Part shown: piece after piece, positions 24,651 through 37,480 of the stretch
Position numbering within the stretch: position 1 is the first letter of the stretch
How the letters are laid out: each line of letters begins with the position of its first letter
Origin: Octopus sinensis
Lineage: Eukaryota
DNA length: 64,000 bases
Reading direction: 5' to 3'
Assembly (NCBI RefSeq): GCF_006345805.1
Contig: NC_043017.1
Location: 22,630,001-22,694,000, forward strand
The notes under the pieces: generated by a model
The model's database searches: none
Seen by the model: the letters and a program-made list of their open reading frames with translations, nothing else
What the model was told of the DNA's origin: nothing
Made by a program: the position numbers and the translations under genes

Positions 24651-24928
24651 ATAGACTTCTTTTTTCCTTCCTTCCGGAGATAATTCTAGAATTGGGTAAT
24701 GTTTGATGTGGGCAGTCTTCATCTGATGGCATAAGAGGATACCTGGATGGAGCACATACCTGGGAGTATGGAGATGAAGTTAGACAAAAGAAGCTGCTCT
24801 GAATTTTACATCCAATTCTGGTAGTTTGCTATTTATGGCTTATTTAATATTATTTTTTTTCTAACTTGAGATATGAAGAGGGCTTGGACATTTGAGTGTA
24901 AGTTTAGGTAAATAACAGTTATCTGTTT

Positions 24929-25158
24929 GGCTGGCGAGCTGGCAGAAATGTTAGCACGCTGGACAAAATGCTTAGCGGTATTTCGTCTGCCACTATGTTC
25001 TGAGTTCAAATTCTGCCAAGGTCGACTTTGCCTTTCATCCTTTCAGGATCGATAAATTAAGTACCAGTTGCGTACTGGGATCGATATAATCAACTTAATT
25101 CGTTTGTCTGTCCTTGTTTGTCCTCTCGGTGTTTAGCCCCTTGTGGGTAGTTAACAAA
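24929..25158 (+). mobile_element. SINE family B (B1)
   Basis: Same head, core and tail as 22487-22724. Confidence 0.85.
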
Positions 25159-25406
25159 TAGGCTATGGTTGGAGAAAGTAATATTTTGCCAATTAAACAT
25201 ACACACTTTATGTTTGGTCTTTGCTTTATTGTTATTATTTTTGTTTCTTTGACCAAGCTTTTTCATCACACATCCTGTGACCTCTTCAGCGACTTTTTAT
25301 GCCATGTGTCTCCTCTTTCTCTTTTCTGAGTGGGTGATGAGAATACATATAGTTCAACCAGTTCATTCCAGAATGGAAAGCAGTTGTGAAATGATGATGA
25401 TGACGA

Positions 25407-25442
<36 letters not shown>

Positions 25443-25454
25443 AACACACACATA

Positions 25455-25660
25455 TGAATGTATATAAATGCATTTAATCATAAAAATAGACACATGTATG
25501 AATGTGTATGTATACACATATATAATGCATTTAATCATAAAAATAGACACATGTATGAATGTGTATGTATATACATATATAATGCATTTAATCATAAAAA
25601 TAGACACATGTATGAATGTGTATGTATATACATATATAATGCACTTAATCATAAAAAACA
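25455..25660. repeat. 57-bp minisatellite, ~3.6 copies
   Basis: aatgca(t/c)ttaatc recurs at 25467, 25524, 25581 and 25638. Confidence 0.95.
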
Positions 25661-25683
25661 TGCACATGCATGCATGTATATAT

Positions 25684-25738
<55 letters not shown>

Positions 25739-26232
25739 ATGTAAGTATGGATGTATGTTCACACACAAAAACACTCATGTAATTTTGATACCATTGTTAG
25801 AAACGGATTAATCTAGCATGATTAAAATACTTTATTAACTGAAAAAAAGCTTTCTTTGTGTTCTACTTAAAAACTTTTGGTAGACTGGCTTCAAGATACA
25901 AACTCTATAGAATATACCTCTTCTGCAAAATATAATAATTTCTACTTTCCGCATTTCACCCTAAGTAACTACATCTAAGTAACTACATCGTTGTGAATTC
26001 TTTTAAGTGACAGAAAACAATCATATAACTTATTGGTGACACAATAGTAAGTATTAGCTACTAACTAGATCTTGCCTCTGGATTCCAGTTGAAGAATAGA
26101 ACATTTTTATTTGAATTATAGAGCACTGGTTGTAGATATTGTCTGAATCTGATGGAACAGTAAGCTCGAATCTGAAATTAGATCTTGGAATATAGGTAGA
26201 GATTGTGAACCAATAATATCTCTCTCTTTACT

Positions 26233-26584
26233 GTTTTTACTCTTTTACTTGTTTCAGTCATTTGACTGCAGCCATGCTGGAGCACCGCCTTTAGTCAAGC
26301 AAATCGACCCCGGAACTTATTCTTTGTAAGCCCAGTACTTATTCTATCAGTCTCTTTTGCCGAACTGCTAAGTGACGGGGACGTAAACACACCAGCATCG
26401 GTTGTCAAGCATTGCTAGGGGGACAAACACATACACACACATATATATATACATATATACGACAGGCTTCTACCAAATCCACTCACAAGGCATTGGTTGG
26501 CCCGGGGCAATAGCAGTGGGACTGAACCCGGAACCATGTGGTTGGTTAGCAAGCTACTTACCACACAGCCACTCCTGCACCTAT
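26233..26584 (-). mobile_element. SINE family A with internal deletions
   Basis: Reverse of the A consensus; lacks two internal blocks. Confidence 0.85.
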
Positions 26585-27972
26585 ATAGAAATGTATTTAA
26601 CTTAGGGATGTAACATTTTACTCATGCACTTTTTGCAGGAGTTTTTTTTTTTATGTATGAATTCAGTAATACAGAGCAGCAAAGTGTGTCATTAAGAAGC
26701 ATTAACTTTCTAAAGTATTTTAGAATCAAATTCACAGTGACTAATAATTAGTATAACTTTACTGAAAAAACTGCTTAAGATTATTGAATGCCTATTAGTG
26801 CTACATTCCTTGAAAAAAATATCTCTTGACAATAAAGCGAAGTAAAAGGTTAATTCAAAACTTTGATGAATTCAGGCAACTTAAAACTGTAAAAAATCTC
26901 ACTCTAATTGCTGCCAAATAGCCAAGAGAGGTCAACTGCTAATGAATTAATCAGATTTAAGAACATAATTAGCATCTTTGTACAAAAGCAAGATGAAAGA
27001 AAATTCTAAGAAAGAGGAAATATCCAGTTGTGATTTCTAATGACAGAAAATTAAAAATATATATATAAATATATGAAATAAAAGCAACTATTCATTTGAA
27101 GAACTATTGATTCTGTTTTCAAAAGACATGTTCAATAAAATTTTAATGATTCTAGAATTGAAAAATATTAAATATTTTTCTCTCTTTCAAAGAGATTCCT
27201 ATGAAGAAACAACTGGAAATTTAGAATGACAGTCTATGAGAAACCATTTACTTCCCGAAACAACAAAGATTCCAGTTTTGCAACAACAAAAGAGTTAAAG
27301 GAAATTGATTTCTTCCATTATTAATTCATAAAAGGAATTTTGTTAAAAAATAAATAAAATAAATTAGTTAGAAAATACCATATGACTCTCTGAACAATCT
27401 TTTCACAAATATGAATATAACGCTCTGCGATAAAATTATGAGCGAACAAAAAGTTAATGTGTTTTAAAAAGTGTAGACATGGTGTTGGTTTGTTTTTCTC
27501 CATTTGAAGCAAAGTACAAATCACTTAAAGACACTGGAATGATCCAGACATAATTCCTCAAAATAGCATCTCTAATATACTTAGAACCTACAGCTTTGGA
27601 CTTAAAATAAAGAAGATTTTAGTAAAACAATATTATCATCTTTAATGATATTTAATCATATTTATGTTTGGAAAATAATTAAACATGAAGATTTTAATTT
27701 CCAGAACACTTTAAGCAGGAAGCCTTTATCTTAGAGTCAGAGTTGGTCTTAATCACACTGGTATCAAAGGGGTTAAAATTTAAGTATTGTATGTGGTTTA
27801 AATATTATGTTTCAAATAAAAATCACACACTCCTAAACAAGCATTGCCTTCACTCATGGTATCTTCTTGACACCTGACCCCCTTTTAAGCTCACACTACC
27901 CTCAAGGGTACACAACTACCCAGGTTAATAACCTCTGATCTAGAGTTTTTAACCATAACTGATACTCTAGAA

Positions 27973-28157
27973 CAGTGCTCCACAACCAATATGCCACAGC
28001 ACACAGGTGTGTCGCGAGACGATGCTAGGTGTGCCATAGTGTAACCTGAATATAATTTTTTCCCTATACTTTTGGTTATATTTTTAGTTCAGGTGTACCA
28101 CCGAATTTTGAAAAGAATATTAATGTACTAGAAGGGAAAAAAGGTTGCAGAACACCG
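27973..28157. mobile_element. hAT (Charlie-like) MITE
   Basis: TIRs cagtgctccacaacc / ggttgcagaacaccg; perfect 8-bp TSD ctctagaa (27965-27972 and 28158-28165). Confidence 0.9.
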
Positions 28158-28965
28158 CTCTAGAAGAGTTGTGCTAAATTGTCAAAGAATATAACAATAT
28201 AGTGTAGTTTATGACTCAAACCCAAATAGACACATGACGTTAAGAAAATAAGAAATAAATAGTGAAAAACCCAATACAAACTTAACCAAGAGTTTCACAG
28301 ATTAAAATGAATTAGGGTAGTATTAAATTACATTTGTTTAAGTTCTAGGTTCAAATTCCCCTCGAGATAAAAATTTACCTTTCAACGCTCTGGGTTTAAT
28401 AAAATAAGTATGAGTAATTTACTGGCTTTGATTCAATCAACCATAATGCAAATATAATTATCTTTTGAAAATATGTTAATAAAAAGCATTGCTCTAATGT
28501 ATCTATGGAACCAAAACTGACACTTGGCCTCATATTTTGTTTTCAGAATGTTGTTTAAACAATATCTTCTCCTATTAGCCACAACAACCCAGTTCTTCAA
28601 ATAAACTTTGATATTTTGTAAACAACCGATTAATTTGGCAGAAAATACAGATTCGTTAATTCATGATATTCAACTATAAATGTATAAGTATAGTTAGTTC
28701 TTAAAGTATTTTATTTGTTTTTCTCTCTTTTTTTTTATTGGGTTTAGCAATTTCAGTGCTAATATTACCCTACTTTGCATAAAAAAACTTAATTAAATTC
28801 ATATGTATTGGGTATGACAGCTTTCGATAATGACAAAAAAAATATCGAATTTAGCTTGGCAATCATTGATCCATTTAGTTATTTTAGAAAAACACCCCTC
28901 AAGTAAGAGGTTCAATTCAATCTGTTAAAAATCACGGCATTCTGTTGGCATTACCATCCTCCCTT

Positions 28966-29007
<42 letters not shown>

Positions 29008-29909
29008 ATTATATATACATATATATCTGTCTATCTCTCTCTCCCCTTCGGTCTCCTTTACTCCAACAAACAAGAGAAGAAAGGAAAAGGGAAAACTCTC
29101 TGGAATTGAATACATATTCAGATAGAAAGAGGTGAACCTTTTATTTTCATGTCTTCAACACCAATAAAATCCAAATATTTGCAAGCTATGTCAATCAACA
29201 GTATGCCTGAATAACTCATGCGTTTGATAATTCTGTTCCTGCAGCAGCAACAATTCCAAAGTAAAGGATCAAACTGTCAACTAAGCAGTTCTGTTGTGAT
29301 TCCTGTGGCTTACTCAAGTTCTATGTTCCTTCTGGAGTTATAAATATCAACAGTGCACAGTTGAAAGACTTTATTGCCATTAAATGCCAATGTAAGTGTC
29401 AATCTTACTGGTTTTATTAACATGAAATTATCAGAGGAAGAGTGTATTTCCATGAATTATGGTTCCATGAAAAACATGGCAGTGGAAGAAGGCTCAAATA
29501 ATTGATTTTATTGTGCTATTTAAAATTTATTCAAAGTTTTAAGTAATTTCTCTAATTAACCTAAGATCTGCCAGCTAGCCATGGTATCTCCTATGTTGGC
29601 TATAACCATATATCAGCTTCCATGTCTGCCGCAGATGTAAATAGCCAGTGAGGGAGCATCTTTGCAAATATTTGATCTCTTAGAAATAACTGCCAAATTT
29701 CGTTTATATCACACTTTAGCATTTTAAAAGGAAAAACATACTGAATAATGTAGTTCTAAATACATTGTCTGGAAGAGACAAAAAAGCAAGAGAGAAATCA
29801 GGATGATCATAACTAGTATATCTTTGATCATAGATTTGCTCAATCAAAGATGATCTGGATGCAAACAACACTTGTAGCTGTCTCATCTTATCCACTGTAA
29901 CTACATCAT

Positions 29910-30166
29910 TAAGGCGGCGAGCTGGCAGAAACGTTAGCACGCCGGGCAAAATGCATAGCTGTATTTCGTCTGACTTTATGTTCTGAGTTCAAATTCTGCC
30001 GAGGTTGACTTTGCCTTTCATCCTTTCGGGATCGATTAAATAAGTACAAGTTACACACTGGGGTCGATATAATCGACTTAATCTCTTTGTCCCCTCTGTG
30101 TGTAGCCCCTTGTGGGTAGTAAAGAAATAGGTATTTTGTCTGCTGCTACGTTCTGAGTTCAAATTC
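29910..30166 (+). mobile_element. SINE family B (B1) plus the start of a second unit
   Basis: Tail aaagaaata continues into ggtattttgtctgctgctacgttctgagttcaaattc. Confidence 0.85.
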
Positions 30167-31068
30167 ATCATAAAATGCCTGGTGGTATTTCTTCCAGTTT
30201 TTAACATCATTAGTTCAAATTTTGGCTATGTCAGCTTTGCCTTTTATCATTTCAGGGCTGCTAAAATAAAGTACCATTTATTATGCTATGATCAGTGTAT
30301 TTGACGAACTCGAAACCCCTAGAAAAATTACTGACTGGCCTTGAACCAAAACCAGAAACCATTAATACAATAATATTATTAACTGATTTTATCATATAAT
30401 ACATATATATGCATTTCAACAAGTGTAACTTATCTCAGCAAACATCTAACGGAAAAATAAAGACAACAAGTTCAGGAGAGAGAGAAAGCTAGAAAAATCA
30501 GAATATTTCATTGTTGTGAGAAGTTATACTAAATAAAGTATGGATATTTAACAGTGAAATTTTCATTTCCAAAATTTTGATAAATTATCAAACATGTGAC
30601 AGCCCTATCTCCATTATTTTTTTTAAGATATCAATCTTAATTTTTTTTTATTTATTTCTTTATTGATTAAACATGATGTATTTCTCCTGCACTGAATTAA
30701 ATCTTCAGGGACCTTCCTTCCTACAAGACTTCAGTTAATGGGATGATCTCCATGCTTGGATGGAAAATTCACTACAATTTCTGAAGTATTTATATACTGC
30801 ACTGTATTTTCCAATATTGGAAAATTAAAAATAAAAATTCTCATCTTTTTCTATAAAGTATAAATTCTTGTTGGTCAATTTTTTACTTGATTCATGTTCC
30901 CAGGAATATTACTTATGCAAATTAGGTAAACAGCTAAATCATCTATTTCTATCATATCTGCTGCTATTTAATCCAGATTTCTGGTTTATTGCAAAGTGCC
31001 AATAATGAATAGAAAGTTTTCTGAATATACATATATTTTATTATTATTTATTTCATTTTCATGCAAAT

Positions 31069-31110
<42 letters not shown>

Positions 31111-31884
31111 TGTACTATGTGTTAGTGCGCACAAATGTATATATGTGCCTGTAGATATGTAGTATACGTGTATGTATTATAAATAAAAATTTGTTTTGTC
31201 AAAAGTTTGACAAGAAAACCGAACTTCCCAATGAGCTCATGCATATTTGATGAGCTCCATCAGTTTCCATAGTAACCGAGTAACAATTATCCTCTCTCAC
31301 TGGAGACATTTTCTCTGCTATGTTCCACAAAACTATCCAGAAACTAATTCAATTTCACTGGTGACGGCAACCTGCTCTAACCTAACTCACTTATAAGAAC
31401 ACATGCCTATGGCTACGAAAAATATAATGATGAACATTAGTTTATAACTATTGTTCCTGTAACAATTTATTGCAATTAATAGTTATAGAGTCGACATGGA
31501 TAAATTTAAACTTGAGATGTTTCCAGATCTTGTGATAAAAATGCATTTAGTAAACTATGTTATTACAGTTTATTTTCTTTCATCTAATAGTAAAAAACAA
31601 AAGCAATTCAGCATGATGGCTGTGTGTGACTATATGGATGTGTGTGCATGAGCTAAAAGCACATGAGTCTGCAGAAATTAGACGAAATATTTTTCAACTA
31701 TAAATATTATAGTCTACAAAGTCAAACCCTTAAATGATATTTACTTGTTCCATATACATCCTAATTCCATTTAAAGGACAAAGTGAAATACAAACTATCA
31801 TTTATATACAGTCGTGCAACACACACACACACACACACATATATGTAATGTAATATATCCATGTATTTACATATATGAAAGAAA

Positions 31885-31915
<31 letters not shown>

Positions 31916-31984
31916 GAATATAATTTCCACTGTGCAATACAAAATATAAGTGTAAAGAATATATGATTGAATAAACATATATTT

Positions 31985-32330
31985 ATGTATCTATATACAC
32001 ACGTGCACATCTATATATATATATGTATATATATGTGTGTATGTATATAAATGCACATACATATGCACATACTTGTGCGTATGTGTGTGTGTATATATAT
32101 ATGTATATATAAATGCACATACATATGTACATACTTGTGTATATATATATATATATACATACATATATATATATATATACATATATGTATATATAAATTA
32201 ATGCACATACATATGTAAATACTTGTGTAAATATATATATGTATGCATGTATATATGTAAATGCACATACATATGTACATACTTGTGTATATATATTTAT
32301 GTATGTATATATATATATATGTACACATAT
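31985..32330. repeat. Degenerate microsatellite-derived minisatellite
   Basis: aatgcacatacatatg(t/c)a(c/a)atacttgtg recurs ~4 times with variable TA spacers. Confidence 0.8.
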
Positions 32331-32484
32331 GTAAACTAAGGAAGCCAAATACATTCAAGAATTTGTGAAAGCAATTTACAGAGGTTCTCCTAGTTGGTTT
32401 ATTTTGTTTACGACTACTCTACCTTAATTCCAAAACTTTTAAATATCCTATGTTGCTTTGTTATTTTATACACCACACACACAT

Positions 32485-32515
<31 letters not shown>

Positions 32516-33102
32516 TATTTATACATACATATTTATACACATGCACACATCTCATTTTTATGTATTTATTTCAGTTAGTGCTTTGCTTTTTTTATAAAAG
32601 GAAAAAATAGTAATAAAACTATATATCGATTCTTTCAAAATACAACCATTAATTTATTTCAAGTTTTAAAAAATACCAGAGACACACATAAAAGAAATAT
32701 AAGCAAAAAACATATATGGTTAAAATAAAAACAGCACTAAATAAAGAAATAGCTAACTATTTCTACTGTAACAGGCTAGTTTTTAAATTTTGACTTTTGG
32801 GAAATTAGGATTAAAAATTTTAGTAACAATACACGCGTATATATATCTTCAGGACAATAAATTGTGGATGTCTTGAAGAAATACTAATACAAGCTCTTAA
32901 GCTGGACTATAAATATAAATAGTCAATAAATAACATGACTGTTGGCCCACCACCAGCTAACTTCACTCTATGTTTGTGTCTTTGCATTTTGTATTTTATC
33001 TCTTAGGCTATCCACATATCTGTCTGTCTTCACTTTATACATGGCGCAGCACAATAATTCCTATTTACATATAACCACACACGCACAGACAGGAAATTGA
33101 TT

Positions 33103-33142
<40 letters not shown>

Positions 33143-33215
33143 TGTGTATGTGTGAGTGTGCGCACGTGTGAACTGTACTAAGTTTAAAGCAAGGATACAC
33201 ATACAAACACACATG

Positions 33216-33249
<34 letters not shown>

Positions 33250-33553
33250 CACATATATATATATATTCACATGTATATGTGTATACATATGTTTCTATGC
33301 ATATCTATGCACACATACACTTACCTACACATACATAAATGCATGAATATTCATATTTATTTGTGTTATATATATGTCTACACACACTCAAAGGCAGGTA
33401 TTCTTCTATACATATATGACATACATCTTTTATTTTTCATTTGTTTAAGTCACTAGACTGTGGCCAAGCTGGGGCACTGTCTTGAAGAATTTTTAGCCAA
33501 GACAGTAGTTATGGAACCATTGCAGATTTCCGATATAGTGGATATATAATTGC

Positions 33554-33957
33554 TAAAGAGGACAACAAACGTTAAGGCAAGGCAAGCATCTTAAATCATA
33601 AACATTATTATCATTATTATTATTATTATTATTATTATTGGAAAAAAATTCAAAATCTTACAGCTGTTTCTGGAATATCCCAGAATAGAGAAAATGAGAA
33701 GAGTACAGATTAATGAAATGATGACATGGAGGACAGGAGTAAAGGAATAAGGAGATGAAGAAAGAGAAGGAAAAAGAAGCACAAAAATTCAGTTCAACTT
33801 TCCAATCTTGGTACAATCTTGCGTAAAACCATGACAGAATATCCCATACTCTGGGACATCCCAGAAACAGTTGCAAGACTTTCAATTTTTTTTCCAATAA
33901 TACTAATGTATATGACTTGAGATATTTGCCTTGCCTTAATGTTTGTTGTCCTCTTTA
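33554..33957. repeat. Fold-back/MITE-like inverted repeat (arms ~33554-33684 and 33850-33957)
   Basis: taaagaggacaacaaacgttaaggcaaggcaa is mirrored by ttgccttgccttaatgtttgttgtcctcttta. Confidence 0.85.
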
Positions 33958-33962
33958 ATTAT

Positions 33963-33994
<32 letters not shown>

Positions 33995-34179
33995 TATATA
34001 CTGCATTTTAACATGTATAAGGGACCCTTTTTTGTCAAAAGTTAGATTTAGAAAATATGGAGTTTCTTATACATTGATAGTATTATAATCTCTTACAAGA
34101 TCATTTTTTTCTAAATTTTAAGGCCCCAAAATTAGAGGGTTCCTTAAACACGAGGGTTCATTGTACACATAAAAATACA

Positions 34180-34244
<65 letters not shown>

Positions 34245-34251
<7 letters not shown>

Positions 34252-34405
34252 GATGGGCTTCTTTCAGGATCCATCTGCCAAATCCACTCACAAGGTTTTG
34301 GTTGGCTCAAAACCAGAGTACAAACCAATTGCCCAAGGTGCCACACAGTGGGACTGAACCCAGAACCATGAAGAGAGGAAGTAAGCTTCTTGATGTGCCT
34401 GCACC
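34245..34405 (-). mobile_element. SINE family A, 5' half
   Basis: ccaaatccactcacaagg ... cagtgggactgaaccc. Confidence 0.7.
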
Positions 34406-34454
<49 letters not shown>

Positions 34455-35383
34455 ACCTGTTAACACACATAGAAAAGAATGTATAGTTATAAAGAAAATG
34501 CATAGACATTGAAATTTATATAGGTATATATACAGCACTAACTATAAAAACATATTTACTAAGTGTATGTATAATCTTTGTATGTGTTTATGTTTTTTAT
34601 TTTGTTTGTGTACATGTGTATACATTTAGTAAATGTACGTTTTCATATCAAGTGCTGTGTATATATATATATATACATATATGCAAAGAACTAGATGTGG
34701 AAACAGGCACTGAGCACATGTTTTCATATATGCTATCTAATACACATACAATCACTCACATGTCTGCGCAAAACTATAATATGCATGTATGTGTATGACA
34801 TAAGTTGTATTTAATAAAGATGATGTGAAAAAAATTTGAACAAAACGAGGCACCACAATGCATTTACGTTCTACCTTGGTTTGTATGCTTCATATTTGCA
34901 CCCAGATTCTGTTTAGATATAAACATATATTTGCCTTTCAGTTCCAAGTTATCTATCAATGAATTTAATTTAATAGAATGAGTTCTTCAGTCACTAATGA
35001 TTTCTACAGAGAAAAGGAATATATTTATGCAAACATGCCGGAGAGTATGTTATGTAGAAATCAACATAGACACATACAAACATAAAAAATCATTCAGAAT
35101 ATGTTTTATATATATATATGTATATACACATACAGCTGTAACAACACAGTGAGTTTTATTTGAATATTTTTTTTAGATTGTACATGACAATACTTCAATT
35201 AATGGACCATCAAATTATCATCAAAACCATTACACAATCAGTTAATTTTATAGGACATAATTTTCTGAGGCAATTTTGTAAGTTACATTTCCAGTAGAGA
35301 ACACACAGTATCAAAAGCTGAAGTACTGACATTTTAACTTCGCTGAGTGTAATTGAGGTGTAGTAAGATAGTAATAATGAATG

Positions 35384-35414
<31 letters not shown>

Positions 35415-36613
35415 CAGAAAGATATAGATATATATGCAGGAGCCGCTGTATGGTAAAGAAGCTTGCATCCCAACCACATCATTCATGGTTCAGTCCCTAT
35501 ATATATATATAGGCACAAGTATGGTTATATATATATCACTTAGGTTGACAAGGGAAGGATGACCTCCCTTTGCAAATACCAATAGGGCACAGAAAGTGTG
35601 CCTATAACCAGCTGGAGGAGATGTTCTCCTGGGGCTACAAGCTACAGTAACACCCAACCTTAGTGGTTAGCCATATTGAGATGGCAAATATACCTCACAT
35701 TGTTGTGCAGTGACTGTCTATACCTCGTTCAGAGATTTATTATTGCTTATATATATTATATGAATATGAATAAATAAATGGAGTTTAACGCAGGTGTAAT
35801 CAATTATTTTTACTTTCGACACATGTTTCGAAAATTCCACTGATACTATTCAAAAGAATTTTCGAAACAATATTTATTTATTTTTTCCGTGTTAATTGTT
35901 AACAAGGTAAAAATACACTCATCTATTTATAATATATATATATATATAAATGATTCGTGTGTGTGCATGCATATTTGTCCATATATGGATATGTATTATA
36001 TATGTACATACACACACACACACATGGGAGAAAATAACAAAGAGAATGCTACAAATATACAGAAACAAATTTGTGGCATTATAAAAAGTAAAAATGTTAT
36101 ATGTCAGTCAAGTATTGAAGGTACTTTTGAATCACCCTGTATATATTTGTGTGTATGAATTGTGTGTGTTGCAATACAGAAAGGTGAACGCGAGTATGCT
36201 CCATGTTGCTAGCTACAGTTTAGTAACTAGGAAGCCAAAATGTTGCATAACAGTGCAGCTTGGCAATGAGAAGACTGTGGAATGTGTAATATTTTCTGTT
36301 ACTTTCTTTGTTCTGAAATAAAGGGACTAAAATATCACATACCTCACAAGTTCTATAATGGATGGTGAAATTTATTAATTAGAAAAAACAATTTCTTTTG
36401 AGTAATTATTTAAACTGATGCCATATGTTGAAAAGAAAGGAGCTTGTTTTACCTGAAAATAAATAGTAAAATTTATTTTAGCTCATATGTGTGTATGTGT
36501 GGGATTGAGGGGATACAGTTTTATAACGTGACATCATTTGGAAGCTACAACAATGTGAGGAAGAGCATTGTGACCAACAGTCTATAACATTCAATTGTTT
36601 AGTTGATACTGTG

Positions 36614-36695
<82 letters not shown>

Positions 36696-36705
36696 ATTAT
36701 ATATA

Positions 36706-36885
36706 GGGAGAGTTTATGAAAAAACAAAAGACGAAGACAGGTGGTGTACAAAACAAACAGATGTATTAGTATAATGCTCAGGAATAGAAAAAGTCTTTTA
36801 TGTTTCGAGCCTACGCTCTTCTACAGAAAGGGACACAGAAAAAACAAGGAGAGAAAAAAATGTGTGTAGTGTCTAACGATCTATC
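36706..36885 (-). mobile_element. TA-embedded short module carrying a hammerhead-like motif
   Basis: Sister copy of 19693-19853; flanked by (TA)n and (TG)n. Confidence 0.75.
36795..36830 (-). ncRNA. Minimal hammerhead-like motif, CUGUAGA core
   Basis: CUUU CUGUAGA A GAGC-GUAG-GCUC GAAA CAU A AAAG. Confidence 0.55.
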
Positions 36886-37146
36886 ATGTGTGTGTGTGTG
36901 TGTGTGTGTATTTTATACACATGCACATTTTTGTAGGGAGACCAAATTTTTATAAAGTGTAAGCTAAAACATTTCGACTTGTTTGGATATAAAATTTCTG
37001 TTGGCCCAACTTATGGTTGTCATCACATTTTAAAGTAATTTATTCAAAACACAAGGAATTCATGGAATTGTATTTATTTTAGTTATAAATATATAAATAT
37101 ATTAATGTATTGATGATACACATAATAGCATGTATATGTATATATA

Positions 37147-37480
37147 ACCTTGAGCAAATGTCTTCTACTATAGCCTCAAGCTGACCAAACCCTTCTGAGT
37201 GGATTTGGTAGATGGAAACTGGAAGAAACACATCATGTATATATGTGTGAGTGAAAGAGAGAGAGTGTGTCTTTGTGCTTGTTCCCCACCACCGCTTGAC
37301 AACCAGTGTTGGTGTGTTTACATCTCCATAACTTAGCAGTTCAGCAAAAGTAACTGATAGAATAAGTACGATGCTTAAAAAAATAAGAAGTACTGAGGTG
37401 GATTCATTCAGCTAAAATTCTTGAAAGTGGTGCCCCAAAATGGCCACAGTCTAATGACTGAAACAAGGAAAAGAGAAAGA
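37147..37480 (+). mobile_element. SINE family A, 5'-truncated and older
   Basis: gtggatttggtagatggaaactg ... atggccacagtctaatgactgaaacaag. Confidence 0.8.

Noticed and set aside
25245-25295. Minus strand CUGAAGA, stem II, GAAA AAGCUU
   Set aside because: No complementary stem I, so at best a decayed remnant.
29240-29400. Exon-like stretch (ttcctgcag ... caat|gtaagt), peptide FCCDSCG...KCQ
   Set aside because: Stops in all frames from the best acceptor, and no partner exons or known family recognised.
35824-35869. 14-bp inverted repeat followed by GAAACAUGU on the minus strand
   Set aside because: No CUGAnGA-like core; noted only as a possible remnant.
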